A stretch of DNA of 64,000 nt from Candidatus Uhrbacteria bacterium (lineage in GTDB: Bacteria > Patescibacteriota > Patescibacteriia > UBA9934 > GWF2-40-263), in NCBI GenBank assembly GCA_016844925.1, contig JAERTI010000038.1, positions 2,936 to 66,935 on the forward strand, in the 5' to 3' direction. The position numbers and the translations under genes are program-made. Positions 19,623 to 28,972 of this stretch are shown one piece after another (within the stretch, counting starts at the first letter, position 1; each line of letters starts with the position of its first letter). The notes under the pieces are model-generated. The model was not told the DNA's origin, did no database searches, and was given only the letters and a program-made list of their open reading frames with translations.

Positions 19623-20207
19623 CTAGTTGCCCCGAATGCGGGCCAGGGCCGTGAGGATGTTCGCCCAGTCGTGCTCGGTGTCACCGTCGGGGTTCTGATC
19701 GATCCACTGCGCAACGATGCGGCCACCGTTGACCAGGGTGATGCCGTTGCGGACGCGGGGACCGCTGTTGAGCTTGATGCCGAGGATGCGGCGCAGGGTC
19801 TCCGAGGGGAGAAACACCGTGCGCTTGCCGGCCAGGCTCTCGATGCCGTGGTGGGTGCAGAGCTCACCGGCGCCGTAGACCGGCGCGCTGATGTAGGCGC
19901 GGTCGGTGTGACCGATCATGAGCAGTGCCGGCGTCTCCAGTTCGCAGGCGCGCTGCAAGAGCTGCTCGACTTCATCGAAGTGCTCCAGCCTCTTGATCGA
20001 GAGGATCAGGACCGGATCCTCGCTCGGCAGGATGCCGATGTGGATCGGCTTGTCCTGCGTGATGAGCCCGTCTCCTTCCGGACGCCAGAACGGCGTCATG
20101 GTGGCATCGGCAGGGAAGTCGCTCAGCAACGTCTGCGTCGACGTGCTGGGGGGCGGCTTCGTGGCCGGGGGCTGCTTGGGCCCGATCTGGGGGGTACGTC
20201 CTTCCAT
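19623..20207 (-). CDS. Hypothetical protein, possibly degenerate redoxin fold
   Basis: GAGGAG SD; TTGACC-N17-TAGAAT at 20276..20304; C-terminus weakly resembles the redoxin end. Confidence 0.6.
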   Translation of the reverse strand: MEGRTPQIGPKQPPATKPPPSTSTQTLLSDFPADATMTPFWRPEGDGLITQDKPIHIGILPSEDPVLILSIKRLEHFDEVEQLLQRACELETPALLMIGHTDRAYISAPVYGAGELCTHHGIESLAGKRTVFLPSETLRRILGIKLNSGPRVRNGITLVNGGRIVAQWIDQNPDGDTEHDWANILTALARIRGN

Positions 20208-20357
20208 CTTCAAACTCCTCGATCTTCTGTAGTGGTTCAGCGTGCTCGCATCATTCAGCGGTTAGCACGAGCGGGATTCTAAGGGTTTTGGGGGTTCGGG
20301 TCAAGGTGGGGATGTGGATTGGTTAAACGGTGGATCTACGATAAACTATCTTCTGTT

Positions 20358-21536
20358 ATGTCGAATAATCCCGTTGTTATCATTGGAGGAGGATTTGCTG
20401 GTGTGTACACCACAAAAGAGCTACTGAAGCTTGGTATCCCAGTTCTTCTTATTTCAGAAACAAATCACTTCACGTTCACGCCGTTGCTGCATGAGGTTGC
20501 TACAGGCTCGCTCATCAGCCATGACGTGATTTTTGAATACGAAAGTTTTTTCCCACAGGACGGGTTCGAGTTTGTGCGCGGATGGTGTGATGGAATTGAT
20601 CGAGCAAACAAGACGGTTTCTGTGGGTTCGAGAACGATTGCGTACAGCCAGCTCGTGATTGCGACGGGGGCCACGACGAACCCTTGGAAGATTGAGGGGG
20701 TTGAGCATGCGCTTGTTTTGAAAAACGTTGAGGATGCTGTGAAGCTTAAGCGGGCGATCTTGTCTAAGATTCAAGATGGCGATCATCACACGTGTATTTC
20801 CGTTATTGGTGGAGGGCCCACAGGGCTTGAGTTGATTTTCGATATTGCTCAAATGCTTGCTGAGCTCAAGAAGAAAAATAGAGAGATGAGCTACACGGTG
20901 CGGATGATTCATTCTCGTGACACGTTCTGTCAGACGGAGCAGGAGAGTGTTCAGACGTATATTCGTCAGGCACTTGATAAGGCAGGGATTGAAGTTGTTT
21001 GCGGCGCGTACGCACAAGCGATTACCGAGACGCAGGTTGTGACAAGTGTTGGAACGTTTGATTCGAACGTGACCGTGCTTAGTGCGGGTGTGCGTCCGAA
21101 CACGGATATGTTCAAGGGAGACCTTGAGCTTGATGAGCGTGGGCATGTGCTGGTGAATGAGCATCTGCAGACACTTCAGGATCCATCGATTTTTGCGGTG
21201 GGGGATGTGGCGTCGTTTGACGGCACACCTATTCCAAAGCTGGCACAGATCGCTGTGAGGGAAGCGCCAGTGGCGGCTCAAAATATTGCGATCGTACATC
21301 GGGGCGCGGGGGAGCCGATGAAGGTCTATACGCCAAAGACGCTCGGGATACTCTTCTCTCTTGGGTTCGGAGACGGTGTTGGAGTTATCCAGAGTCGTAT
21401 TTTCAAGGGGGTTCTTGCGTGGTATCTTTGGCGCACGGTGTATTTATTTAAAACCCCTGGATTGGGCAATAAACTGCGTGTAGCCTTTAGCTGGACGCTT
21501 GGATTGTTCCAAGGCAGGAATTTAACTGAACTGTAA
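20358..21536 (+). CDS. ndh: Type II NADH dehydrogenase
   Basis: GGGFAG, FTPLLHEVATG, GGGPTGLE, PKLAQIA. Confidence 0.88.
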   Translation: MSNNPVVIIGGGFAGVYTTKELLKLGIPVLLISETNHFTFTPLLHEVATGSLISHDVIFEYESFFPQDGFEFVRGWCDGIDRANKTVSVGSRTIAYSQLVIATGATTNPWKIEGVEHALVLKNVEDAVKLKRAILSKIQDGDHHTCISVIGGGPTGLELIFDIAQMLAELKKKNREMSYTVRMIHSRDTFCQTEQESVQTYIRQALDKAGIEVVCGAYAQAITETQVVTSVGTFDSNVTVLSAGVRPNTDMFKGDLELDERGHVLVNEHLQTLQDPSIFAVGDVASFDGTPIPKLAQIAVREAPVAAQNIAIVHRGAGEPMKVYTPKTLGILFSLGFGDGVGVIQSRIFKGVLAWYLWRTVYLFKTPGLGNKLRVAFSWTLGLFQGRNLTEL

Positions 21537-21541
21537 GACAT

Positions 21542-22315
21542 ATGTTCAAGCACTTGTTTCCCGTACTCTTGTTCCCCCTCATTCTTCTTGGCGCCGGTTG
21601 TGCACCAGAGCCAGTAGTAGAGGTGGAGACTACAGAAGAGGAGGAGGCTGCTGTCCTATTGTTGGACGGAACGTACGACCTAGTCGTGGAGGAGAGTGTT
21701 GTTACCTGGGAGGGATCTAAAGTTGTTGTTGAGACAACGCATAATGGAACCGTTAACGCCGATAGTGGTCGTTTGACTGTTGAGGGAGGTGAAGTTACTG
21801 GAGGGACGGTGACGGTTGATATGGCAACCATCAAGAGTCTCGATTTGGATGAGGCTGGTGGAGCAAAGCTCGATGGTCACTTGAAGTCAGCAGATTTCTT
21901 TGGTGTGGCAACACATCCAGCGGCAACGTTTACCATCACAAGCGTTGATGGAAGCGCTGTCACAGGAACCATGACGATCAAGGGTATTGATCGAGAGGTG
22001 AGCTTCGACGCTGATATTGAAGCTGAGGGAGCAGAGATTGGCCTTGAGGCTACACTCGAGCTTGACCGAACGCTCTGGGATGTCCGTTATGGATCAGATA
22101 CATTCTTCGATGAGCTAGGTGACGCTGTTATTAGCGACACATTCACCATTGGGCTCGACCTTGAGTTCTTGAACCCAGACGCACCAGTTGTCGTTGAAGA
22201 GGCTGGAGACGCTGAGGGTGAAGAGGATGCAGAAGAGGTTGAGGCTGAGGGAGATGCCATGGAAGCCGGAGAAGGTGAAGAGATGGCTGAAGAGGGTACC
22301 GAGCTCGCTGAATAA
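21542..22315 (+). CDS. YceI-family lipoprotein with acidic tail
   Basis: LLGAGC; HLKSADFF; GTMTIKGI; LDRTLWDVRYGS. Confidence 0.9.
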   Translation: MFKHLFPVLLFPLILLGAGCAPEPVVEVETTEEEEAAVLLLDGTYDLVVEESVVTWEGSKVVVETTHNGTVNADSGRLTVEGGEVTGGTVTVDMATIKSLDLDEAGGAKLDGHLKSADFFGVATHPAATFTITSVDGSAVTGTMTIKGIDREVSFDADIEAEGAEIGLEATLELDRTLWDVRYGSDTFFDELGDAVISDTFTIGLDLEFLNPDAPVVVEEAGDAEGEEDAEEVEAEGDAMEAGEGEEMAEEGTELAE

Positions 22316-22412
22316 ACTTGAACTGAGACAAAACGAGGTCGATTGACCTCGTTTTTGTTTTCCGATACCCTCTGCCGTTGCCGACAGTTTCGGTGATGAG
22401 AAGGAGAACATC

Positions 22413-24428
22413 GTGAGTTATGCACTGATCACGGGTGGCGGAACGACTGCCCCCGTGGATGTGATTCGCTCCATGGCCAACAGTGCCAAGGGAAGCTTCG
22501 CCATCGAGTTCGCACAGCAGTTTCAGCGTCGCGGTGTTCCTGTGGTGCTGGTGCTTTCCAAGGTGGCCAACGCCTTCAACGGCAGCCGGATCCCCAAGGG
22601 GGTCGAGGTGCTGCTCTACGAGACCTACGACGACTACATCCGCACCATCGCCTGCCTGCTCTCGCGGCGAGGTCAGCCGGCCTATGCGCTCAGCGCGGCG
22701 GCTGTGAGCGACTTCGGGAAGCTCGAGCCGGTGGTGGGCAAGATCAGTTCCGGTGGCAAGCTCACCCTCGAGCTCGATCCGCTCCCCAAGGTACTGGACA
22801 GCTGGCGCCCTCAGATGGGCAAGGCCTGCACGATCGTCGGCTTCAAGCTGATGAGCGCGCAGACATCCACGGTGGCGCAGGTGCTCGCGGCCGCGCGCAA
22901 GCAGAACAAGCGGGCGCGGTTGAACATGACCCTTGCCAACATCAAGGAGGAGATCACCGGTGGGATTCACCCTGTCTGGATGGTCACCCCCGACGGCGGC
23001 ACGGTTCGCATCGACGGCTACGCCGACGAAGTGGCACGGCAGGTGGTGGATCACATCATCCGCATCCACTACACGACGTGGCACCGAAGCGTGCGTCAGG
23101 GCGCTTTCGAAGAAGCGAGAGTGAGTTCGGGGGTGCTGGAGGAGCTTGCTTCGCCGATCATCGAGCTGGCTCAGCGGGTGGGGTTGCTCACGGATGCGTC
23201 CGGGAACATCTCTGTCTGTGACCCTGGGGTCGACGAGACCTTGCTGGTTTCGCCTCGTGGCGTCGACAAGTCGAAGTTGCGTGCCCGGGACATGGTGGTC
23301 GTTCAGCTGGGTGACGCGGGAGATCATGTGGTCCGTTGGTGGGGCAAGCAGGGAACCAAGCCCTCCATCGACACATCGGTGGTGCTGACCCTCAAGGGGC
23401 AGCTCAAGCCGTTCCAGGCCTCTCTGCACTTCCATGATGGCTGGGTTCTCGGCGACATCCCGCGCACGCGCCTGGCGTACCCCTGCGGAACGCTGGAGCA
23501 AGCCGCGGTGATCCGGGAGGCGGCGGCGAGCTTCCCGCGAAGGGCGTACTTCTGTCCCAACAAGCGGGGCCACAGCCTGATGATTGAGCTGCGCGACCAT
23601 GGACACATCCTGTTCGTGCACGAGCTGCGGACGTTGGTTCGTCGGCTTTCTCGCGAGTGGGATGCGGTCCTCAGCGCGTATCGACAGCACCTTGCTGACA
23701 TCGGTCGCGAGGACTTCATGGAGCGCATTCGTGTTCAGCCCATCTGGCTCGTCAACGAGATCATCGGTCTCACGGCAGAACTCGACGGCAACCGCTCCTT
23801 CTACTTGCTGGAGACCGCTCGCGGTAAGGGCCTGGGTGAGCAGCTCATCGAGCTGATCTACAGGCGCGGCCAGCAGGTCGTCGCTCACGACGGCTGCGGT
23901 GTGGCAGACTTCTACCGCCGCCGCGGATTCCGAACGGTCGAGCGCATCGAGGAAGAGGGTCTGACGGTCCTCGAACCGCCGACGCTTCGTCAGGACCTCA
24001 TCGACGCGACGACGGTCACGTTCCACTGCACCACGACGGATCGAGTGCTGCTCATCCAGCGCGGAGAGGGAACGACCTATCCCGAGTGGTGGGCCAACCC
24101 TGGCGGCCGAGATGATGAGGGTGATCGCAACCCTGTCGCCACGGCCGTGCGTGAGGGGCTCGAGGAGATCGGTGTGGACTTCACGGGGCTTCCGGATCCG
24201 GACAGGATCACGGTGCACTACACCGGCTGGGTGAACCCCAAGGCTCCTCAGCAGGAGCGCGGCTACCGGGTCAAGCACCTGGTGGTCCCGGTCGTGATCG
24301 AGTTCGAGCCGCATCCCGACGGCAGTGAGGTCACCGACGCGCAGTGGTCCTCCAAGGACGAGGCGCGCGAACGAAAGATGGGGCCCGCCACGCGCGCGAC
24401 GCTCCGCAAGATCTGGTCGGACTTCTAG
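22413..24428 (+). CDS. Four-domain fusion: CoaB-like, class II aldolase-like, GNAT-like, Nudix
   Basis: ITGGGT..PVD.IR, AAAVSDF, VGFKL; SGNIS, KPSIDT, LHFH; RGKGLG, FYRRRGF; PGG...AVREGLEEIG; GAAGGAG SD; TTGACC-N17-TACCCT at 22343..22371. Confidence 0.8.
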   Translation: MSYALITGGGTTAPVDVIRSMANSAKGSFAIEFAQQFQRRGVPVVLVLSKVANAFNGSRIPKGVEVLLYETYDDYIRTIACLLSRRGQPAYALSAAAVSDFGKLEPVVGKISSGGKLTLELDPLPKVLDSWRPQMGKACTIVGFKLMSAQTSTVAQVLAAARKQNKRARLNMTLANIKEEITGGIHPVWMVTPDGGTVRIDGYADEVARQVVDHIIRIHYTTWHRSVRQGAFEEARVSSGVLEELASPIIELAQRVGLLTDASGNISVCDPGVDETLLVSPRGVDKSKLRARDMVVVQLGDAGDHVVRWWGKQGTKPSIDTSVVLTLKGQLKPFQASLHFHDGWVLGDIPRTRLAYPCGTLEQAAVIREAAASFPRRAYFCPNKRGHSLMIELRDHGHILFVHELRTLVRRLSREWDAVLSAYRQHLADIGREDFMERIRVQPIWLVNEIIGLTAELDGNRSFYLLETARGKGLGEQLIELIYRRGQQVVAHDGCGVADFYRRRGFRTVERIEEEGLTVLEPPTLRQDLIDATTVTFHCTTTDRVLLIQRGEGTTYPEWWANPGGRDDEGDRNPVATAVREGLEEIGVDFTGLPDPDRITVHYTGWVNPKAPQQERGYRVKHLVVPVVIEFEPHPDGSEVTDAQWSSKDEARERKMGPATRATLRKIWSDF

Positions 24429-24528
24429 TCTGGCACCCCCGCCACAAAAGCGGGGTTTTTTGATTGATGTTGGTTGACATGAGGGTGTTCGTGTATTATG
24501 AAGAGTGAGCATCCAACCTGGAGGGATC

Positions 24529-25350
24529 ATGCACATGCGTTCTTTGCTCTTGCCTTTCTGCCTCTTCGCTCTGGTGAGCTGCACGCCGCCGGACGCCGAG
24601 GATCCGTTCGTGAAGTCGGACGACAGCGACAACACCGGCACCGTCGAAGACTCCGACGACGGAGATGGCGGTGGTGACACGGACGACGACGACAGCGCCG
24701 AGCCGGTCGACGAAGACGGTGACGGGTACAGCCCCGATCTGGACGACCAGGACTGCGACGACAGCGACGACACGATCTACCCGGGCGCGCCCGAGGTCTG
24801 CGGCGATGGCATCGACCAGGACTGCGACGGTTCGGATCTCGAGTGCGAAGAGAAGACCGGTGAGTGGAGCGCCATCGTGTGCGAGATGGAGCACAGCTGG
24901 TTCCGCGACGACGAGATCGAGTGGGAGATCGAGTGGTACGAGGATCGTGGTGGTGACGACCCCCTCGAGGTGGGCGTCGCCTTCAACTACCTCATGGAGG
25001 AAGACCAGCTCATCCAGGCCGACGCCTACACGGTGACCTGGCCCACGCACTACGAGAGCCTCGAGTCCTACCCCGTCTACGACGGCGAGGTCGACTACGA
25101 CGGTCAGCCCCTCAACTTCACCAGCTTCCGCATGGAGTGGAGCGACCGGAGCGAGCCCCAGCCGGGCCTCTACGACTTCTTCGACGCCGCGGGCAACATG
25201 ACCCTCAGCCCCGGAGACGTCGTCTCCTTCGCCATGTGGTCCTGGAGCGACTACGACGGCGAGCCCGTCTACCTCCACTGGACCATCAACGAGTACGGCA
25301 TGGAGGACTACTACGGGACCTGCTACCTGACCTGGTCCACCGAGGAGTAG
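24529..25350 (+). CDS. Acidic lipoprotein with MopE-like putative metal-binding motif
   Basis: LVSC lipobox; DCDDSDDTIYPGAPEVCGDGIDQDCDG; GGAGG SD. Confidence 0.8.
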   Translation: MHMRSLLLPFCLFALVSCTPPDAEDPFVKSDDSDNTGTVEDSDDGDGGGDTDDDDSAEPVDEDGDGYSPDLDDQDCDDSDDTIYPGAPEVCGDGIDQDCDGSDLECEEKTGEWSAIVCEMEHSWFRDDEIEWEIEWYEDRGGDDPLEVGVAFNYLMEEDQLIQADAYTVTWPTHYESLESYPVYDGEVDYDGQPLNFTSFRMEWSDRSEPQPGLYDFFDAAGNMTLSPGDVVSFAMWSWSDYDGEPVYLHWTINEYGMEDYYGTCYLTWSTEE

Positions 25351-25425
25351 CCTCACGGCCACGCACTCCCGAGCTCCTTGCTCGGGATTTTTTATTGCCG
25401 AAAGGTTTGTTATGCTTTGTTCGAT

Positions 25426-26160
25426 ATGTTTGCATTGTTTTCACCATCAGAGGGAAAGTCATCCGGAGGCACGGGCGCGTTTGAGGATGTTAGGGAGAAG
25501 CTTCCTGGTGGATGGGAGATTCGTTCAGGGTTTGCGGAAGTCTATGAGCAGATTCTGCAGGAGGGAAGTGAGGAACAAAAAAAGAAGCTGACTGGCTGGA
25601 TAGATGTGTCTAAGATCGATGCATTGCCGAGCGCTCTGAGGTCAGCACCTGTGCGTATGGCTCTGGAGCGGTACACGGGGGTGGGGTATCAGTATCTCGA
25701 TGTGGCAACACTGTCAGATCCGCAGCGGGTATTTCTCTCTGAGCAAGTACTGATCTTTTCAAACTTGTTGGGACCTGTGAGGGGAGGGGATTTAATTCCT
25801 GAGTACAAAGCAAAGACACTCCCTCTACACTCGGGGGCGGCAATCGCTCGTCATTATCGACAGCACACGTCGAGAATGCTAGATAAAATTATTGATCCTG
25901 ATCCCGTGTTGGATTTAAGAGCAGGGGCCTTTAAGGGATTCTACGAACCGAAGGGCGAGGTGATCGAGTATCGTTTTTTGAAAGAAGGAAAGAGCGTGAA
26001 TCATTGGTCCAAAGCCTATAGGGGGTTAGTGCTCAGAGCCTTCGCGCAGAATAGACCAAGTTCGGTTCAAGAGATGATCGAGCTGGAGATTCCGGGACTT
26101 AATCGCGTTGACGTCCAAGCGGGCGGCAACAAGACGTTGATTACCTGCGAGGCTCAATAA
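25426..26160 (+). CDS. yaaA: YaaA/UPF0246 peroxide-stress family protein
   Basis: LFSPSEGK, RYTGV, SNLLGPV...DLIPEY, KAYRGLV. Confidence 0.8.
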   Translation: MFALFSPSEGKSSGGTGAFEDVREKLPGGWEIRSGFAEVYEQILQEGSEEQKKKLTGWIDVSKIDALPSALRSAPVRMALERYTGVGYQYLDVATLSDPQRVFLSEQVLIFSNLLGPVRGGDLIPEYKAKTLPLHSGAAIARHYRQHTSRMLDKIIDPDPVLDLRAGAFKGFYEPKGEVIEYRFLKEGKSVNHWSKAYRGLVLRAFAQNRPSSVQEMIELEIPGLNRVDVQAGGNKTLITCEAQ

Positions 26161-26229
26161 CAGCGTCTTTACACAAGACTCTTTTCAAAGAGTCAGGTTC
26201 CTGTATAATGCCCGCGGATAGTCCAATAG

Positions 26230-26304
26230 AGGGGTGTAGTGAAATGGCTATCACTAGGGTCTCCAAAACCCTCATTCAGGGTTCGAATCCCTGCACCCCT
26301 GCCA
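26230..26304 (+). tRNA. tRNA-Trp(CCA)
   Basis: AGGGT-ctCCAaa-ACCCT arm; GTTCGAATC; CCA. Confidence 0.95.
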
Positions 26305-26523
26305 GCAAAAAATCCGAGCAAGGCTCGGGTTTTTTGTTGATTTGGTTGTCTGGCTAGGGATCCGAACCGGAGGGATGGTAAGAAGAGTGCCTAATGTACG
26401 GACGGTCCGTTTATGCATGGACATATAAAATATTGCTAAAGCCGCCTTACCGGCCCGGCCAGTAAATCTAAAACCACCTGACCTCAGTCGGGTGGTAGAT
26501 TAACCCCTGGGTGTATTTTCAAG

Positions 26524-28359
26524 CTAAGTGGCGCCAGCTTTATCTTGCTTGATATACTCAAGCTCTTGATGCAACATCCTTTCAAACTCATTTGCTTTTC
26601 CAAGTTCGCGCATAATCTCCCATATCGGTTCATCTTTGATTCCCTCAACACCTTTTTCTTCTAAACGTCCTGTCTGGCTGAGTGTGTAGATAAGAAACTC
26701 TGTGCTTGAAAGGAGGATATCTGCAGCCTGTTGTACGGCAGTCTCTTGCTCACCATCGCGATTTTCTAGTATTGCGGTAGATGTTTCAGGGTTTAGTGCA
26801 ATTTGATTGATTGTTGTGAAGTATGTGTGGTACCAGACTTTCTCTCGCCATGATTCAGATTCGTCCTGCAGAAGATTTGCAAATCGAAGGACGGCATTTG
26901 CATATTCTTCCACTTCGGATACTTGCCATTCATGTGAGTGGTTAAGCATATCACCTCCTCCCGCAAGGTCCATCAGGACCTGGCCGGCAGCAAAAAATAG
27001 CGCTTCATCTTCGGTGCCTGGGTGCTGTTCTATAAATGTGACAAGCGTGCGTACTTGCGACAAACTTCCTTCAAATGTCTTTAAGGCTTCCAGAACTTGC
27101 TCAGCAGACTGAACGGCATCTTTGCCGAAACGCTCTGTAAGAAATGTGGGGATGTGATGATACTGTTTTGGTTCTAGCGCTATGAGTGATGCGTGTACAA
27201 AGGTGTGTACCTCTGGTCCAAGGAGGGTGCCAAAATGCGTCGCTTTGTCCATTTGGTTCAGGATCCCTTGGATTCGGGTTTCTAGTCCATTTCGGAGTCT
27301 TGTTACATGTCGGTTCAGTTCAGGTGTTGCAAGTGTTCCTTCGAATTGCTTGAATAAATTCAAGAGTTTTCCAACTTCATTTCCGGCAGTGGACATTGTG
27401 GCAATGGACCACATTGGACGTGCGGCATTTCGGTTGCTTAGACTGCTATATACTTCTCCGGTGTATCGGTGTGTTGTTCGGCTTTCAGCAGTTCGGGTAT
27501 GTGCAAGAAGCTCGTCTTTCAAGCCAAAAAGAAGGTCGTCAACAGATGTGGACTCCAGCCAAAACTCATTTGCTGCAATAGTTCCCATGAGCTCATCAGA
27601 TCCGGTGTCGTCACCTTCGGCTTCTTTAAGTCTCTCCCTTGTCGATTCCGCTAAGATCATCTGGATTCGTGTGGTGGAATAGGTGTAATCAGCTCCTCGC
27701 AAATAGGATCCATCCGTAATGGTATGAACCAGTTCGTGTTCTCGTGTGCGCATGGTTTCATACTCGTCTCTTCGAAGGATGATGTTCACTGGTGATCTGT
27801 AAATATGCCGTCCAAGTGCTCGTAGTCTTCCGTTAGCGAACAGGGCTAATGGTTTGTCTGCAATGATATCTACCGAATAGGCACCAAATCGTAACTCTGC
27901 TGTTGGGTCATCTGGACCTACATAGCGCTCAAGCAGTTTGCGTTGGAGTTCTGGGCTTCTTCGAATATTTTCAACATCATGCGCTCGATGTTGAAGATTT
28001 TCTAAAACTTGCAGAACCTGCCCCATGAGCAATACACCCTTGTCATTCTCAAGAGTTCTTATTTCATTTAATAAATCAAGTTTTTTCAATGAGGATCCTT
28101 TCTTTCCAAGTTCTATGAGCTCTTGTTTTAGTTCTTGTAGCTGATCGTGTCTCTCAAGAGTCTCATCATCAACCTTCTGAAAGAAGGTGATTGTCCGTTG
28201 CTCAAGATCATTTAATGTGTCTTCTAGTGATACATTTTCTACAACCTCATACAGGCCCTCAAATGCCGCGGCACAGAGCTCGATGTTACGGACAGCCTCT
28301 CTTTTCAGCTTGTCTCTTTGCTCTAGGCGTGCTGATCGCCGTTCTGAGAATCGGATCAT
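26524..28359 (-). CDS. Large helical orphan protein with HEXXH
   Basis: 611 aa; REHELVH, downstream LKDELLA. Confidence 0.65.
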   Translation of the reverse strand: MIRFSERRSARLEQRDKLKREAVRNIELCAAAFEGLYEVVENVSLEDTLNDLEQRTITFFQKVDDETLERHDQLQELKQELIELGKKGSSLKKLDLLNEIRTLENDKGVLLMGQVLQVLENLQHRAHDVENIRRSPELQRKLLERYVGPDDPTAELRFGAYSVDIIADKPLALFANGRLRALGRHIYRSPVNIILRRDEYETMRTREHELVHTITDGSYLRGADYTYSTTRIQMILAESTRERLKEAEGDDTGSDELMGTIAANEFWLESTSVDDLLFGLKDELLAHTRTAESRTTHRYTGEVYSSLSNRNAARPMWSIATMSTAGNEVGKLLNLFKQFEGTLATPELNRHVTRLRNGLETRIQGILNQMDKATHFGTLLGPEVHTFVHASLIALEPKQYHHIPTFLTERFGKDAVQSAEQVLEALKTFEGSLSQVRTLVTFIEQHPGTEDEALFFAAGQVLMDLAGGGDMLNHSHEWQVSEVEEYANAVLRFANLLQDESESWREKVWYHTYFTTINQIALNPETSTAILENRDGEQETAVQQAADILLSSTEFLIYTLSQTGRLEEKGVEGIKDEPIWEIMRELGKANEFERMLHQELEYIKQDKAGAT

Positions 28360-28802
28360 ATCATGGAGGTTATTTGTTTAGGTTAGGGTATCGTATTTTG
28401 TTGCACGTGTCAGTGTATGGGAGAAAAGTTAAGGTGACCTCTGGGGACGTTGTTTATTCTGGAAGTTGCTTATAATGCAATTGAAAATGTTTTTTTGAAA
28501 CCTGCAAATCTTGGGTTGTAAATCTCAAGAGCTGTTTCACCATTAAGATCTATAAGGGCAACGGTCTCGTTATAGATGGTTTGTCTGATGTTGAATTTGA
28601 GGGGTCGACAATGAGGAGTGTATTTATATCAAAGCACGACGCTCAGTAGCAACATGGTCAGAAGTACGAGTAAAGATTCAAGGACGATCAGTTGGAAAAA
28701 AGAGTTTTCTGATGCTGCATTTGCTTTGGGTGGGTGGAAGTTGGAGTAATCATGGCATTTCAACACATATTAAGGTTCGAACGTCCAACGCTAGCCCCTG
28801 CC

Positions 28803-28834
28803 AAAAACCCCCGAGCTGTATCTCGGGGGTTTTT
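28803..28834. terminator. Intrinsic terminator
   Basis: AAAAACCCCCGAG-ctgtat-CTCGGGGGTTTTT. Confidence 0.8.
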
Positions 28835-28851
28835 GTTATTGGAGACAGATA

Positions 28852-28881
28852 TTGACAAACGCAACTCATTTGCGTTAGTTT
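28852..28881 (+). promoter_or_regulatory. Promoter with Fur-family-like operator between -35 and -10
   Basis: TTGACA followed by perfect palindrome AACGCAA-N5-TTGCGTT (28858..28876). Confidence 0.6.
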
Positions 28882-28972
28882 ATGAATCGCGGTGCTGGAT
28901 TTTCTCATACCTGCAGAGCGAGAGGATTTTGCAGGTGTGGGAAGAGCTCACGCCGGATACAGGGAGGCAACG

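Noticed and set aside
26230-26304. Alternative genetic code (UGA recoding as in Gracilibacteria)
   Set aside because: Conserved genes translate full length under code 11 and several end in TGA
28500-28800. Riboswitch or ncRNA upstream of the CobW operon
   Set aside because: No cobalamin or other riboswitch consensus recognised; a terminator and a separate promoter lie between this region and the operon
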